This document shows, in pieces, positions 27,551 through 37,391 of a stretch of 64,000 nt of DNA (position 1 is its first letter; the number at the start of each line of letters is the position of its first letter). Location: positions 10,740-74,739 of the forward strand of contig JAAXWF010000004.1 in NCBI GenBank assembly GCA_013335095.1, in the 5' to 3' direction. The position numbers and the translations under genes are program-made. The notes under the pieces are model-generated. The model saw nothing but the letters and a program-made list of their open reading frames with translations. It made no database searches and had not been told where the DNA came from. Source of the DNA: a candidate division WWE3 bacterium (GTDB lineage: Bacteria > Patescibacteriota > 4484-211 > GCA-002791395).

Positions 27551-28108
27551 ATGGAAAAATATGTCACACCGACAGTTTTATATCGGTTACCCAGAGTCGT
27601 TTCGATCATCTTAAGTTACATAGTTTTTGCGTTTTTAATTGCCCTAACCCGAGATGACGCAACAATGCCAAAAATCATCGGCGCGATTGCTGGAATCGCA
27701 GTAACAGCAGGGATTATTTGGTATACGAAAAAACAACAGAATAATCAACTGTATACGTTATTACCTTTGGGATTGTGGTTTGGATTACTTGTATGTTTCA
27801 TGACAGGTGGATTTACCCCAACAATCTCATTTATTAGATTCCTTTTTCTATCTATCCTTACAGGAACAATGACGGCTCTGAGCTATTATGCCTGGCAATA
27901 TAACCAAATTGGTGGGTTAACGTATGTAGGACTAGGCTTGTTCTATTTCTTTTTAGCGGTTAGTAAAGTCGGATTACTTTCGTTATTCTTTTCAGTCGGA
28001 TTATTTATTATTACCGGAGGAACGTATTATTATCAGGAGTATTTACAAGCAAAGATAAAACCCAAAACGCCTTCATCAATCCCGAATCAACAAGTTAGCC
28101 AACAATGA
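27551..28108 (+). CDS. Hypothetical membrane protein
   Basis: About six TM helices. Confidence 0.75.
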   Translation: MEKYVTPTVLYRLPRVVSIILSYIVFAFLIALTRDDATMPKIIGAIAGIAVTAGIIWYTKKQQNNQLYTLLPLGLWFGLLVCFMTGGFTPTISFIRFLFLSILTGTMTALSYYAWQYNQIGGLTYVGLGLFYFFLAVSKVGLLSLFFSVGLFIITGGTYYYQEYLQAKIKPKTPSSIPNQQVSQQ

Positions 28109-28411
28109 GATAATCCAGAGTAAAATCGAAGCTATCAGCGCAGTAGAAAAATCAACTGAAAATCCCTTTACAAAGGTACTTACAAAGACAATCAAACCGG
28201 CATTAATTACAAAGGTAAATAGACCCAGTGTCAAAATATTAATTGGCAATGTTAATAAGACTAAAATCGGACGCACCACTGCGTTTAAAATTCCAAGCAA
28301 AAACGCAACAATCAAAGCGGTATAAAAACTTTCAACCCGAAATCCCGGCAAAAGCACCGAAACAATCATTAGACTTAATGCACTGATTAACCATTTTGAT
28401 AGCATCTTCAT
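28076..28411 (-). CDS. YvlD / phage-holin_4_2 family membrane protein
   Basis: LNAVVRPILVLLTLPINILTLGLFTFVINA. Confidence 0.92.
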   Translation of the reverse strand: MKMLSKWLISALSLMIVSVLLPGFRVESFYTALIVAFLLGILNAVVRPILVLLTLPINILTLGLFTFVINAGLIVFVSTFVKGFSVDFSTALIASILLWIISLLANLLIRD

Positions 28412-28454
28412 ATGACAATTAGTATACTATTATACTGAAAAGGATGCATAGCAT

Positions 28455-29249
28455 ATGGCCAGTACTCCATATTTTGGACACATAACGTTTGATGCGAACA
28501 CTCAAAAGTATGACCTTAAGCAGGATCTGTGGGGATTTTCGGGGTACAAACACCGTCATGTACGCCAACGGTTGATTGATAGCGGAATGGTAGTACGGAT
28601 ATTTCATCCTGATGCGACTATTCTGATTTACCAGAACCCGGTTGTTGGTGATTACCATCTGCCACAAGATTCAGTTGGGATACATATCGATGACCGCACG
28701 ATCTATTTTGGTATCGCCGATGGAGTTTCAATTGTTGGCCACACGATGGATAATAACTCTGGATATTTATCGTACATCCTGGTAAATTCACTCCCCGATC
28801 TTAAAGAAAAGCCTTGGGAAGAAGTTCTCAATAATACCTGCAATAGTTTTCAGAGAGCCCATCATATTGGGTCATCAACCGTTATTTGGGGATCTCTCGT
28901 ACCAAAAGAGACCGAATACGAGCTTTCGGCATTAACTGTCGCTGAGACATTCGATTCGGGGACGTTCAGGGTATTTTCAAAAAATGGATCCATAGAATTC
29001 TCAAATCACAGCCAGGGATTTGTTCCAAATAATTATCAGTACGACAAGTTTACCGAAAAGCTACCCAAACGATTTGATCTATTTGTCGCATCGGATGGGG
29101 TCAATTTAGATAGTCATGATTTAACGGATCTGATTAATCTTAATCGAGGGCTCAAAACCCCGATTGAAGAGTTTACGTTATTTCTCGAAAGAGAAATCCA
29201 GCCTAATCGCGACGATCAAAGTTTCATTTTAATCTCAACTGATATATGA
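28455..29249 (+). CDS. PP2C-like Ser/Thr phosphatase domain protein
   Basis: QD, IADGVS, SST, ASDGV, DDQS motifs. Confidence 0.75.
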   Translation: MASTPYFGHITFDANTQKYDLKQDLWGFSGYKHRHVRQRLIDSGMVVRIFHPDATILIYQNPVVGDYHLPQDSVGIHIDDRTIYFGIADGVSIVGHTMDNNSGYLSYILVNSLPDLKEKPWEEVLNNTCNSFQRAHHIGSSTVIWGSLVPKETEYELSALTVAETFDSGTFRVFSKNGSIEFSNHSQGFVPNNYQYDKFTEKLPKRFDLFVASDGVNLDSHDLTDLINLNRGLKTPIEEFTLFLEREIQPNRDDQSFILISTDI

Positions 29250-29974
29250 GCACGAATCTGGTACCCACCTTACAAAAGGTATTTCCACCTGAATGGGTTA
29301 ATCAAATCGCCGATGAAACATTAAAATATGCTCTATGTGAAAATCAGAATTTTCGGGTAGAAGTTGATAAATGGTTGTCCTTATTTGATAAAAAAGGTTG
29401 GCTGACGGATGGAGTGATTAACCGCCTTAGGCGTGGCAATCACTGGCCAGGATATTATTCAAAGATTAATGAATTTCGAGTTGGGTATTTTGTAGAAACA
29501 ATGCTCGGACTTCAGCTTATTGAGTATGAATCTCCGACGATCCGAAATAAAAATGTCGAGTTCAAATGCGTCAGTATCAACGAACAAATGATTTATGTAG
29601 AAGTCAAAACGCCTTTAAATTTGGAACGATTCGGACTACGTCCCCAAACCGATAATAACAGTGATTTGATTTATTCTTTGCTTCGCAAGGCTTCGGTACA
29701 ATTATCCGACCGCAAACCCTCAATTGTCGTTTTAGCCGACGATTTAAACTTCCCTTTGCTTATAGATAGAGACGGACAACACTATTTGGAATCGATTTTC
29801 AAAGATGAATCACTTAGAACAATAAGCGCGGTATGTTTTATGGGTGGGATCTTTATAGAGACAATGTATTCAATTGTATGGGCGATAAATCCACATGCGG
29901 CACAACCGATAGATGAGAACTTATTTATTGGCTTTATGGCGATGGATTCATCTGTAACTAAGACTGATCAGTAA
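29246..29974 (+). CDS. PD-(D/E)xK restriction-endonuclease-like protein
   Basis: E (INEF), NVEF, YVEVKT, L.KA..Q. Confidence 0.55.
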   Translation: MSTNLVPTLQKVFPPEWVNQIADETLKYALCENQNFRVEVDKWLSLFDKKGWLTDGVINRLRRGNHWPGYYSKINEFRVGYFVETMLGLQLIEYESPTIRNKNVEFKCVSINEQMIYVEVKTPLNLERFGLRPQTDNNSDLIYSLLRKASVQLSDRKPSIVVLADDLNFPLLIDRDGQHYLESIFKDESLRTISAVCFMGGIFIETMYSIVWAINPHAAQPIDENLFIGFMAMDSSVTKTDQ

Positions 29975-30016
29975 AAGTCCAAAACACTCACCTCTGCCTG
30001 TTATAATAGGTGGCGT

Positions 30017-31072
30017 ATGGCTTTACAGGCAGGTCTTGTTGGACTTCCCAACGTTGGAAAATCTACTCTATTTAATGCACTGCTATCACGACAGGTGGCA
30101 GATGCCGCGAATTATCCATTTTGCACCATAGAACCGAATGTCGGAGTTGTTGAAATCCCCGACCCCAGACTTGGAAAGCTCGCTGAAGTAGTACACAGTA
30201 ATACATTAGTTCCTGCCGCAATGGAGTTTGTCGATATCGCCGGATTAGTTGAGGGTGCGAGCCAAGGCGAAGGACTTGGTAATAAATTTTTATCACATAT
30301 ACGTGAAGTCGATGCGATTATTTATGTGCTTCGTGACTTTAGTGACGAAAATATCGTTAGAGCTGGAAGTAAATCGCCCTCAGATGATTTAGCGATTTTA
30401 ACAACAGAGTTACAGCTTGCCGATTTACAAACGCTCGAAAAACAGCGAGAACCTAAAAGTAATCCAACAAAAGAAGAAAAATTCCGCTGGAGTGCAGTAG
30501 AAAAGATACGTCCGATACTTGAAGCCGGACGTAATGCGTCGGAAGCGAATCTAACCGAAGAAGAACAAAAAGAGGTCAAATCGTTTGCCCTCTTAACCAT
30601 GAAACCCGCGATGATCGTATTAAATACCGATGAAGAACATATTAGCGATTCATTACCACTCGGACTATCGTATCCAGCAATTCGTTTATGTGCCAAACTC
30701 GAAGCCCAGCTTACCGACATTACACCCGAAGAAAAAAATGAATTACTTAGTGCATATGGGATAGAACAACCGGGATTAAACATCTTAATTCAGGAAGCAT
30801 TTCGATTACTTCATTTGATTACGTTCTTAACTGCAGGGGAAAAAGAAGTCCGAGCGTGGCCAATCTTAGAAGGAACTAAAGCCCCTCAAGCGGCAGGCAC
30901 AATTCATACCGATTTTGAAAAAGCATTTATTAAAGCAAATATAGCATCGTTTACCGATTTTGTTGAACTCGGCGGTTGGAAAGATGTCAGAAATGCCGGC
31001 AAAGCCCGGATGGAAGGAAAAGAATATATCATGCAAGAGGGCGATGTCGTTGAGTTTATGGTCAATCCCTAA
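30017..31072 (+). CDS. ychF: Redox-regulated ATPase YchF
   Basis: GLPNVGKST, ANYPFCTIEPN, DIAGLV, TGS-like C-terminus. Confidence 0.98.
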   Translation: MALQAGLVGLPNVGKSTLFNALLSRQVADAANYPFCTIEPNVGVVEIPDPRLGKLAEVVHSNTLVPAAMEFVDIAGLVEGASQGEGLGNKFLSHIREVDAIIYVLRDFSDENIVRAGSKSPSDDLAILTTELQLADLQTLEKQREPKSNPTKEEKFRWSAVEKIRPILEAGRNASEANLTEEEQKEVKSFALLTMKPAMIVLNTDEEHISDSLPLGLSYPAIRLCAKLEAQLTDITPEEKNELLSAYGIEQPGLNILIQEAFRLLHLITFLTAGEKEVRAWPILEGTKAPQAAGTIHTDFEKAFIKANIASFTDFVELGGWKDVRNAGKARMEGKEYIMQEGDVVEFMVNP

Positions 31073-31083
31073 AAAAATCTAAA

Positions 31084-32016
31084 TTATAAATTTTCGGATA
31101 AATATCGTTCAGCACGTATCGCGGCTTTACATCCCATACCGGCTGCAGTGATAGCCTGTTTATAGACCGGATCGCTCACATCGCCGGCAACAAAAACGCC
31201 TTCGACACTTGTATGCACATCATCTGGAGTAACCACATACCCATGCACATCAAGGTCTACTGCATCTTTTAGGAATTCGGTTTGTGGTACATGGCCAATC
31301 GCTAAAAAAACCCCATCGACATCAAGTGTTGTGGTTTCACCAGTAAGTGAATTGAATAATGCCAACCCAGTTACGACCTGCTCATTGCCTACAATTTCAC
31401 GTACTTCAGAGTTCCACACTACTTTAATTTTTGGGTTAGAAAAAATACGTTCCTGCATAATTTTGCTCGCCCTAAATGCATCCCGGCGGTGAATAATATA
31501 TACGGTTTCGGCGAATCGAGTCAAAAAGTTAGCTTCTTCCATGGCAGAATCTCCGCCACCTATAACCGCAACTTTTCGATCCCGGTAAAAAGCGCCATCA
31601 CACGTAGCACAGGTCGATACACCCTTACCCCAATATTTTTGTTCTGATTCTAAACCTAAAGTCCGTGCGGTAGAGCCTGTGGCCAAAATGACCGATTTAC
31701 TAGTATAGGTAGTATCATTGGCCTTAACCACAAAAGGTTTTTTTGAAAAGTCGACTGATTGAACGGTTTCATATTTTATTTCAGTACCAAAACGCTCGGC
31801 TTGCTTGATCATTTCGGCCATTAATGCAGGGCCCTGAATACCTTCGGAAAATCCTGGGTAATTTTCTACAAGTGTTGTAGTCATTAATTGCCCACCAAAT
31901 TGGACACCTGCTAAAAGAATTGGTTTCAAATTTGCTCGTGCTAAATAGATTGCCGCAGTTAGGCCAGCGGGTCCAGAACCGATGATAAGTACATTTTGAG
32001 GAGATGATTCCGTCAT
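31084..32016 (-). CDS. trxB: Thioredoxin-disulfide reductase
   Basis: GSGPAG, CATCDG, GGGDSA. Confidence 0.98.
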   Translation of the reverse strand: MTESSPQNVLIIGSGPAGLTAAIYLARANLKPILLAGVQFGGQLMTTTLVENYPGFSEGIQGPALMAEMIKQAERFGTEIKYETVQSVDFSKKPFVVKANDTTYTSKSVILATGSTARTLGLESEQKYWGKGVSTCATCDGAFYRDRKVAVIGGGDSAMEEANFLTRFAETVYIIHRRDAFRASKIMQERIFSNPKIKVVWNSEVREIVGNEQVVTGLALFNSLTGETTTLDVDGVFLAIGHVPQTEFLKDAVDLDVHGYVVTPDDVHTSVEGVFVAGDVSDPVYKQAITAAGMGCKAAIRAERYLSENL

Positions 32017-32032
32017 GGTGTTATCAAGCGAA

Positions 32033-32353
32033 CTAAGCAGCAGTGTGTTTATTTACTGCATTAATATAATCAATCTTATTCCGCACACCAACAAGCTGCT
32101 CTACCGGTTGTCCATTTTTAAATAATATTACGGTTGGGATACCTCGAACTCCAAATACGCCTGCGATTTCGGGATCTAATTCGACATTGATCTTTCCAAC
32201 CTTAACTTTGCCAGCGAGTTCGGTTGCGAGGGCTTCAATTGTAGGAGAGAGCATATGACACGGGCCACACCATTCTGCCCAAAAATCGACGAGAACCAGA
32301 CCAGTCGAGTTTTTAATCTCCTGGTCAAAATTAGCTTTATTTATTTCAAGCAT
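32033..32353 (-). CDS. trxA: Thioredoxin
   Basis: WCGPC. Confidence 0.98.
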   Translation of the reverse strand: MLEINKANFDQEIKNSTGLVLVDFWAEWCGPCHMLSPTIEALATELAGKVKVGKINVELDPEIAGVFGVRGIPTVILFKNGQPVEQLVGVRNKIDYINAVNKHTAA

Positions 32354-32418
32354 AGATATACTTTAACAAATGCAGCAAGAGGCTACGCCTTGTCACAATT
32401 GGGTCGGTGGCGATACCG

Positions 32419-33108
32419 TTATGATGCGAGATAATGCAGCACTAATAAATGAATAGGATAGTATGTATAAAATAGGAGTTTATACCGACGTATAAAGAAT
32501 GCATTTACATAAATCCGATATGAAATCCAAATAAATGCAGCTGCGAAAAGTGAAGATAGGATATACAGCAGACTCTGAAAAGATTGATCGACAAAATTTA
32601 ATACTGCAACCGATGCGATCCACAGGGGAATGTATAGTGAATGAGACGAGGGAAGCTCGAGCATACGCACAGCCAGATAGACCATCAGGACCCCCTTCAT
32701 TCCATGATCAAGATGAATTGGTAAAAACGAATCTAACGACGTTAGTACAATAATGACGGCAGTACTTATAAATAATATATTTAGTTTTTGAGAGTTAAAT
32801 AGCTGACTCATATATAACCCGAGTGCCAGAGTAAAAAATATATTGAGCACCAGTGGTTCCTGTATCGTATAAATAAAAATAGGTTGTGAAAGTATTCCAA
32901 ATACTAGTAATCTAAACAGATACTTGGTCTTACTTTTTGTATGGAAGACGTAATTGTACGCGAGAATAAATCCGAATAGCACAAACGCCCATCGCCCAAC
33001 AACAACCATCCAGACATAGTTATAGTGAAAAATAATTCGATTAACATGATCTATTGTCATAGAAATGATCGCAATAATCTTAAGTAGATCCAAATTCGGC
33101 CTTTTCAT
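32419..33108 (-). CDS. TraX family membrane protein
   Basis: LKIIAIISMTIDH, GR.AF.LF, KY..RL..FG..SQ, FY.YYP.HL. Confidence 0.85.
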   Translation of the reverse strand: MKRPNLDLLKIIAIISMTIDHVNRIIFHYNYVWMVVVGRWAFVLFGFILAYNYVFHTKSKTKYLFRLLVFGILSQPIFIYTIQEPLVLNIFFTLALGLYMSQLFNSQKLNILFISTAVIIVLTSLDSFLPIHLDHGMKGVLMVYLAVRMLELPSSHSLYIPLWIASVAVLNFVDQSFQSLLYILSSLFAAAFIWISYRIYVNAFFIRRYKLLFYTYYPIHLLVLHYLAS

Positions 33109-33155
33109 GATAATGAGTATACCCCTTTCCCAGCCCCCATATTAGACTTATAGTT

Positions 33156-33184
33156 TTGACTTTTACTCTACTTTAAGCTACTAT
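33156..33184 (+). promoter_or_regulatory. Sigma70-type promoter
   Basis: TTGACT-17 nt-TACTAT. Confidence 0.6.
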
Positions 33185-33229
33185 AAACGGCGTACATACG
33201 GTAAATGGACCAACTTAAGGAGGTCGGCA

Positions 33230-33934
33230 ATGCCTCAGTATTTGGACCGGAATGTAAGTCCGGCAAATCTAATCCTGAGTATCGACCGGAACGGAAAGGT
33301 CAAGGCTCACGCCCTGTACTCATTACAGGGGATGCGAACATTAGCGTCAACCCATAGAATTGTGGTAATGCGATCGAACGATGGTTGTAATCACTGGGAG
33401 TATCTAACCCCCCGCCAAGCAACCACAGAAGAGCCGATCACCGTCGACGATCTGGTTGAATGTCAGTCAATCAGCGAGCTTGATTCACTGATGGTCCACA
33501 TAGGGTCACAAAGCCTTAAGGACCTGTGGACCAAACTCATGCTCATGCAGAATGCACAGCGTGAGGTAATTCCACCCCGAGGTTTTTACGCCTCGTCACC
33601 AATCAAAGGCCACTTTCTGGTAGTAGAACTAACCGCGTTACACGAATACCGCGCTTGGTTAGTAGAGAGCGAACAAGCGTTGGCAGATCGGACACGCGAC
33701 GAGTCTTCCACATACTTCATTTTGCCACCGGATGACCGGATTTGGCGGGTGATAGACGCAAATTGGCGCACACCCGATGATTTGCCTACAGGGCTGCCGT
33801 TTCTCATCAGGCTTGCCTTTGGTGAACCCGATCTGGACGCAGCCATGAGGTTCTTCAACGTAGATACGGTATATGACCTTTGGTATCGAATCTACCAACG
33901 CCAAGAATTTAGCGGCCGTCTAGTTCAGTGCTAG
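33230..33934 (+). CDS. Hypothetical orphan protein with apparent internal duplication
   Basis: SD AAGGAGG, own promoter and terminator. Confidence 0.75.
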   Translation: MPQYLDRNVSPANLILSIDRNGKVKAHALYSLQGMRTLASTHRIVVMRSNDGCNHWEYLTPRQATTEEPITVDDLVECQSISELDSLMVHIGSQSLKDLWTKLMLMQNAQREVIPPRGFYASSPIKGHFLVVELTALHEYRAWLVESEQALADRTRDESSTYFILPPDDRIWRVIDANWRTPDDLPTGLPFLIRLAFGEPDLDAAMRFFNVDTVYDLWYRIYQRQEFSGRLVQC

Positions 33935-33944
33935 TCGGCAAAGC

Positions 33945-33974
33945 AGAGGAAGAGGTGGAATCACCTCTTCCTCT
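33945..33974. terminator. Terminator hairpin
   Basis: AGAGGAAGAGGTG-GAAT-CACCTCTTCCTCT. Confidence 0.85.
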
Positions 33975-33997
33975 TAAAAATGGTACAATCCCACTAC

Positions 33998-35149
33998 ATG
34001 AACATAAAACCACAAAATCCCCTTACCATCTTGGCAAAAGATTCAAAAAGTATAGCCCGAACCGGCACCCTTTGGACTCGTTTCGGTGAGGTACAAACAC
34101 CCTGTTTTATACCAGACGCAACGCAGGCTACTGTCAAACATCTATCCCCTGATGAACTAAAAGAAATAAATTTAGAAATCGTACTGGGCAATTTATACCA
34201 TTTGTGGCTTCGTCCTGGAGTAGACGTTATCGAAAAGCTTGGAGGACTCCATGAATTCATGCAATGGGATCGGCCAATATTAACTGATAGCGGAGGATAC
34301 CAGGTATATTCATTAATTCATCGGAGTGGACTCGGTAAGATCACTCCTGAAGGAGCCCTGTTTAAATCACATTTAGACGGATCAAAAAAGCTCCTAACCC
34401 CCGAAATATCAGTATCAACTCAATATCGAATGGGGTCAGATATCATCTTAATGCTTGATGAGAGTGCTCCCGCAAGTAAGACAGAAAAGTACGTCCACAG
34501 TTCGGTGAATTTAACACTTGAGTGGGCAAAACGATCTCGAGATACATTTGATCACCTCAATACACAAAATGATCGACTGTTGTTTGGTATCGTTCAGGGT
34601 GGAGTCTATCCAGACCAATTAGCTCGAAGTGCCGAGGAAACTATCAAACTTGATTTTGATGGTTATGCATTGGGGGGCGTCGCGGTTGGATTGCACGATG
34701 AAAAGCTGCATCAAATTGTCGGTAATGCACTAAATCTATTGCCCGAAGATAAACCACGCTATGTTTTAGGCGTCGGATATCCACAGGACATAATTAAAGC
34801 CGTACTGATGGGAGCTGATATCTTTGACTGTGTTATCCCTACCAGAAATGCACGCCATGGCTCTCTATTTACCCGTTACGGAACAATGCATATTACCAGC
34901 GCTCAATATCGAACAGATAAATCCCCAATTGAGGATGATTGTGATTGCTACGCCTGTACTCATTTTTCTCGTGCGTACTTACATCACCTTATCCGAGTAA
35001 ATGAACCACTGGGCATGCGAATGGCGACAACACATAACCTTCGTTTTTATATGAGGCTCATGGAGAATATTCGTCAACACATCGCACAGGGAACGTTTGA
35101 CTCATTTACCCAAGAAATACTTTCAATCTACCGCCCGAACGCTCATTAA
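33998..35149 (+). CDS. tgt: tRNA-guanine transglycosylase
   Basis: TDSGGYQ, FGIVQGG, DCVIPTR, Zn site CDCYAC..H. Confidence 0.97.
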   Translation: MNIKPQNPLTILAKDSKSIARTGTLWTRFGEVQTPCFIPDATQATVKHLSPDELKEINLEIVLGNLYHLWLRPGVDVIEKLGGLHEFMQWDRPILTDSGGYQVYSLIHRSGLGKITPEGALFKSHLDGSKKLLTPEISVSTQYRMGSDIILMLDESAPASKTEKYVHSSVNLTLEWAKRSRDTFDHLNTQNDRLLFGIVQGGVYPDQLARSAEETIKLDFDGYALGGVAVGLHDEKLHQIVGNALNLLPEDKPRYVLGVGYPQDIIKAVLMGADIFDCVIPTRNARHGSLFTRYGTMHITSAQYRTDKSPIEDDCDCYACTHFSRAYLHHLIRVNEPLGMRMATTHNLRFYMRLMENIRQHIAQGTFDSFTQEILSIYRPNAH

Positions 35150-35209
35150 TTTACTGAATCTTAAAAATATTTGTTAAGATTTACCATAAACAGGTACAAT
35201 CTATGTACT

Positions 35210-36832
35210 ATGAATCGAATACTAAATCACCGTATTTGGACATTGCTGATTGGTTGTGCGCTAATCCTAACATCCCTCAGCTCGGTGGTTTGGTTGCTGA
35301 CTCATAACGGGTCGGTTTACTATTCATATTTACCCGAACAGTTACAGCAAGTCACCACAATAAGTAGTACAAATACGATTCCCGAAATAGAACAGTCAAT
35401 CCATCAGCTCTCCCTCGAAAATCATCAATACGTTGTAACGAAAGAAAATGGAGACATACACCTTAGTAACAAACCAAATGAGGGAGAAATTTTACATGAA
35501 CGATATTATGTAGCCGTTACCGCATTCAACGCCCTCGTAGATACGATATCTTCTCAAGAATTACTCAACCTAATTGCGACCCATCAAACAAATAGTGAAT
35601 TTAATTCCGTAATGTTTACCTCTGTATCAAAAGAAGAAATAAACCAAATCTTTGGTACGCATGTATCGGATTTATCATTGACGGATTTATCAGCGCTACG
35701 AGAGACAATCACTTCAAAAACAGTGGCCGTTATCCCCTTTGATCAGCTGACTCCTGATCTTAAGGTATTAAGTATTGACGGTAAAAACATCCTTGACACA
35801 GCCTACGATGGTGCAAATTGGCCGCTCAAAATAGTTGTCACCGTTTCGGGCAACGAAGCGCAGCCGATCATCGCAACATTGCGACATGCCGTCCCTGAAC
35901 GAAACCGGAATACGAGCGCCATGACAAGTATGGTACTAACTGGAGTAACCGCAATTAGCCGGGGCGTTGAATATGCGATAGAGCAACACAAAGATACACT
36001 GTTTCCTGCACGCGGCGTTATGGATGTATTGTCCAAGGCGGATATTACTCACATTGATAACGAAAATCCGTTATTTGATAATTGTAAACCCGAAAAAGAA
36101 GGCATCGTCTTATGTGGTCGAACGACGTCTATTGATTCATTAAAAGCGATTGGAACAGATATTGCCGATCTTACCGGTAACCATCAAAACGATTACGGAA
36201 TCGAAAAAAACCTAGAGTCGATACGACATCTGCAAGATGCTGGAATTGAATACTACGGTGGAGGTAAAAATGAACAGGATGCGCAAAAAATTCTTGTAAA
36301 AGATATCAAGGGGACAACATTTGCCTTTACCGGGTATAACTATTTTGATTCACTGAATGGTCCTGGGTATGTTTCGTTAGCCAAAGGAGATCACCCAGGA
36401 GCCAATTATTATTCCGAGGAAAAAATGAACCAAACAGTTACGGAGGCACGGAGCAAAGCCGAAATAGTCCAGGTTGACTATCAATTCATTGAAACATATC
36501 AGTATAATCCAATCCCCGATCAAATTTCAGTTTTCCGAAAAACGATTGATGCAGGAGCTGACATTGTCGTAGGGGTACAATCTCACCAACCGCAAAAAAT
36601 TGAATTCTATAAAAACGGAGTAATATTTTATGGTTTAGGCAATTTATTTTTTGACCAAATGTGGTCGGTACCAACCAGACAAGGAATAATCCCTCGACTG
36701 ACATTTATCGACGGGAAATTAGTTTCCATTGAGTTATTAACGACTTTGTTATTTGATTATGCTCAACCTCGATTTGTTACTGGAGAAGACCGCATATCTA
36801 TTTTGAAAAATATCCTCCCAACCGGCCAATAA
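35210..36832 (+). CDS. CapA (PGA_cap) family metallophosphoesterase
   Basis: DNE, GNHQND, GAD.VVG..SH.PQ, YGLGNLFFDQ. Confidence 0.9.
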   Translation: MNRILNHRIWTLLIGCALILTSLSSVVWLLTHNGSVYYSYLPEQLQQVTTISSTNTIPEIEQSIHQLSLENHQYVVTKENGDIHLSNKPNEGEILHERYYVAVTAFNALVDTISSQELLNLIATHQTNSEFNSVMFTSVSKEEINQIFGTHVSDLSLTDLSALRETITSKTVAVIPFDQLTPDLKVLSIDGKNILDTAYDGANWPLKIVVTVSGNEAQPIIATLRHAVPERNRNTSAMTSMVLTGVTAISRGVEYAIEQHKDTLFPARGVMDVLSKADITHIDNENPLFDNCKPEKEGIVLCGRTTSIDSLKAIGTDIADLTGNHQNDYGIEKNLESIRHLQDAGIEYYGGGKNEQDAQKILVKDIKGTTFAFTGYNYFDSLNGPGYVSLAKGDHPGANYYSEEKMNQTVTEARSKAEIVQVDYQFIETYQYNPIPDQISVFRKTIDAGADIVVGVQSHQPQKIEFYKNGVIFYGLGNLFFDQMWSVPTRQGIIPRLTFIDGKLVSIELLTTLLFDYAQPRFVTGEDRISILKNILPTGQ

Positions 36833-36927
36833 CCGATTTACGACTTACAATAAGCTTACAAAATATTAATATCCCACATAATCTAATTGAGTTATTATAT
36901 CTATCGACAGAATGGGGGTGATCAATT

Positions 36928-37182
36928 ATGGGTATACTACTTTGGATTATATTTGGAGCATTAGTAGGTTGGGTTGCTTCAATTATCATGAAAACAAACG
37001 ATCAGCAGGGGGCGTTTGGCGATATTTTATTGGGTATCGTCGGGGCAGTTGTTGGCGGGTTTATCATGAATTTATTGGGACAACCTGGCGTCAACGAATT
37101 TAACTTGTATAGTTTTATCGTTGCACTCATAGGAGCTGTTATTGTTGTTACGGTTTCTCGCGCATTTAGAAGTAGAGTATAA
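36928..37182 (+). CDS. GlsB/YeaQ/YmgE stress-response membrane protein
   Basis: WIIFG.LVGW.A, ILLGIVGAVVGG, SD GGGGTGA. Confidence 0.93.
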   Translation: MGILLWIIFGALVGWVASIIMKTNDQQGAFGDILLGIVGAVVGGFIMNLLGQPGVNEFNLYSFIVALIGAVIVVTVSRAFRSRV

Positions 37183-37226
37183 AGAGTATGTTGCAACATA
37201 AAATATGCAAAGTGAAATTTATGGTA

Positions 37227-37278
37227 GGTGGTGAAAACAACATTAGTGAGGCCATGCAAAGTTAATGTTTTCACCACC
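37227..37278. repeat. Intergenic inverted repeat (13-bp arms)
   Basis: GGTGGTGAAAACA...TGTTTTCACCACC. Confidence 0.75.
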
Positions 37279-37391
37279 CAGACAAGAGAGTTAACCAGCA
37301 GTTTTAAAATCAACTACGAGTACATATTACCCTCGCATATTTATAAACGAACAATAATCATGAAAGAATTATGTAAGATGGGATACGGATG

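Noticed and set aside
28076-28411. Holin-family name suggesting a prophage
   Set aside because: YvlD-type proteins are common chromosomal genes, and no phage structural, lysin or integrase genes are present.
30322-30783. 153-aa antisense ORF, and similar shadow ORFs inside tgt, the P-type ATPase, the permease and others
   Set aside because: They lie opposite or out of frame within confidently identified genes and have no motifs.
33998-35149. Possible queuine-salvage (eukaryote-like) TGT
   Set aside because: GGVAVG retains the Val typical of preQ1-using enzymes. The DES for DEC change alone is not enough to call specificity.
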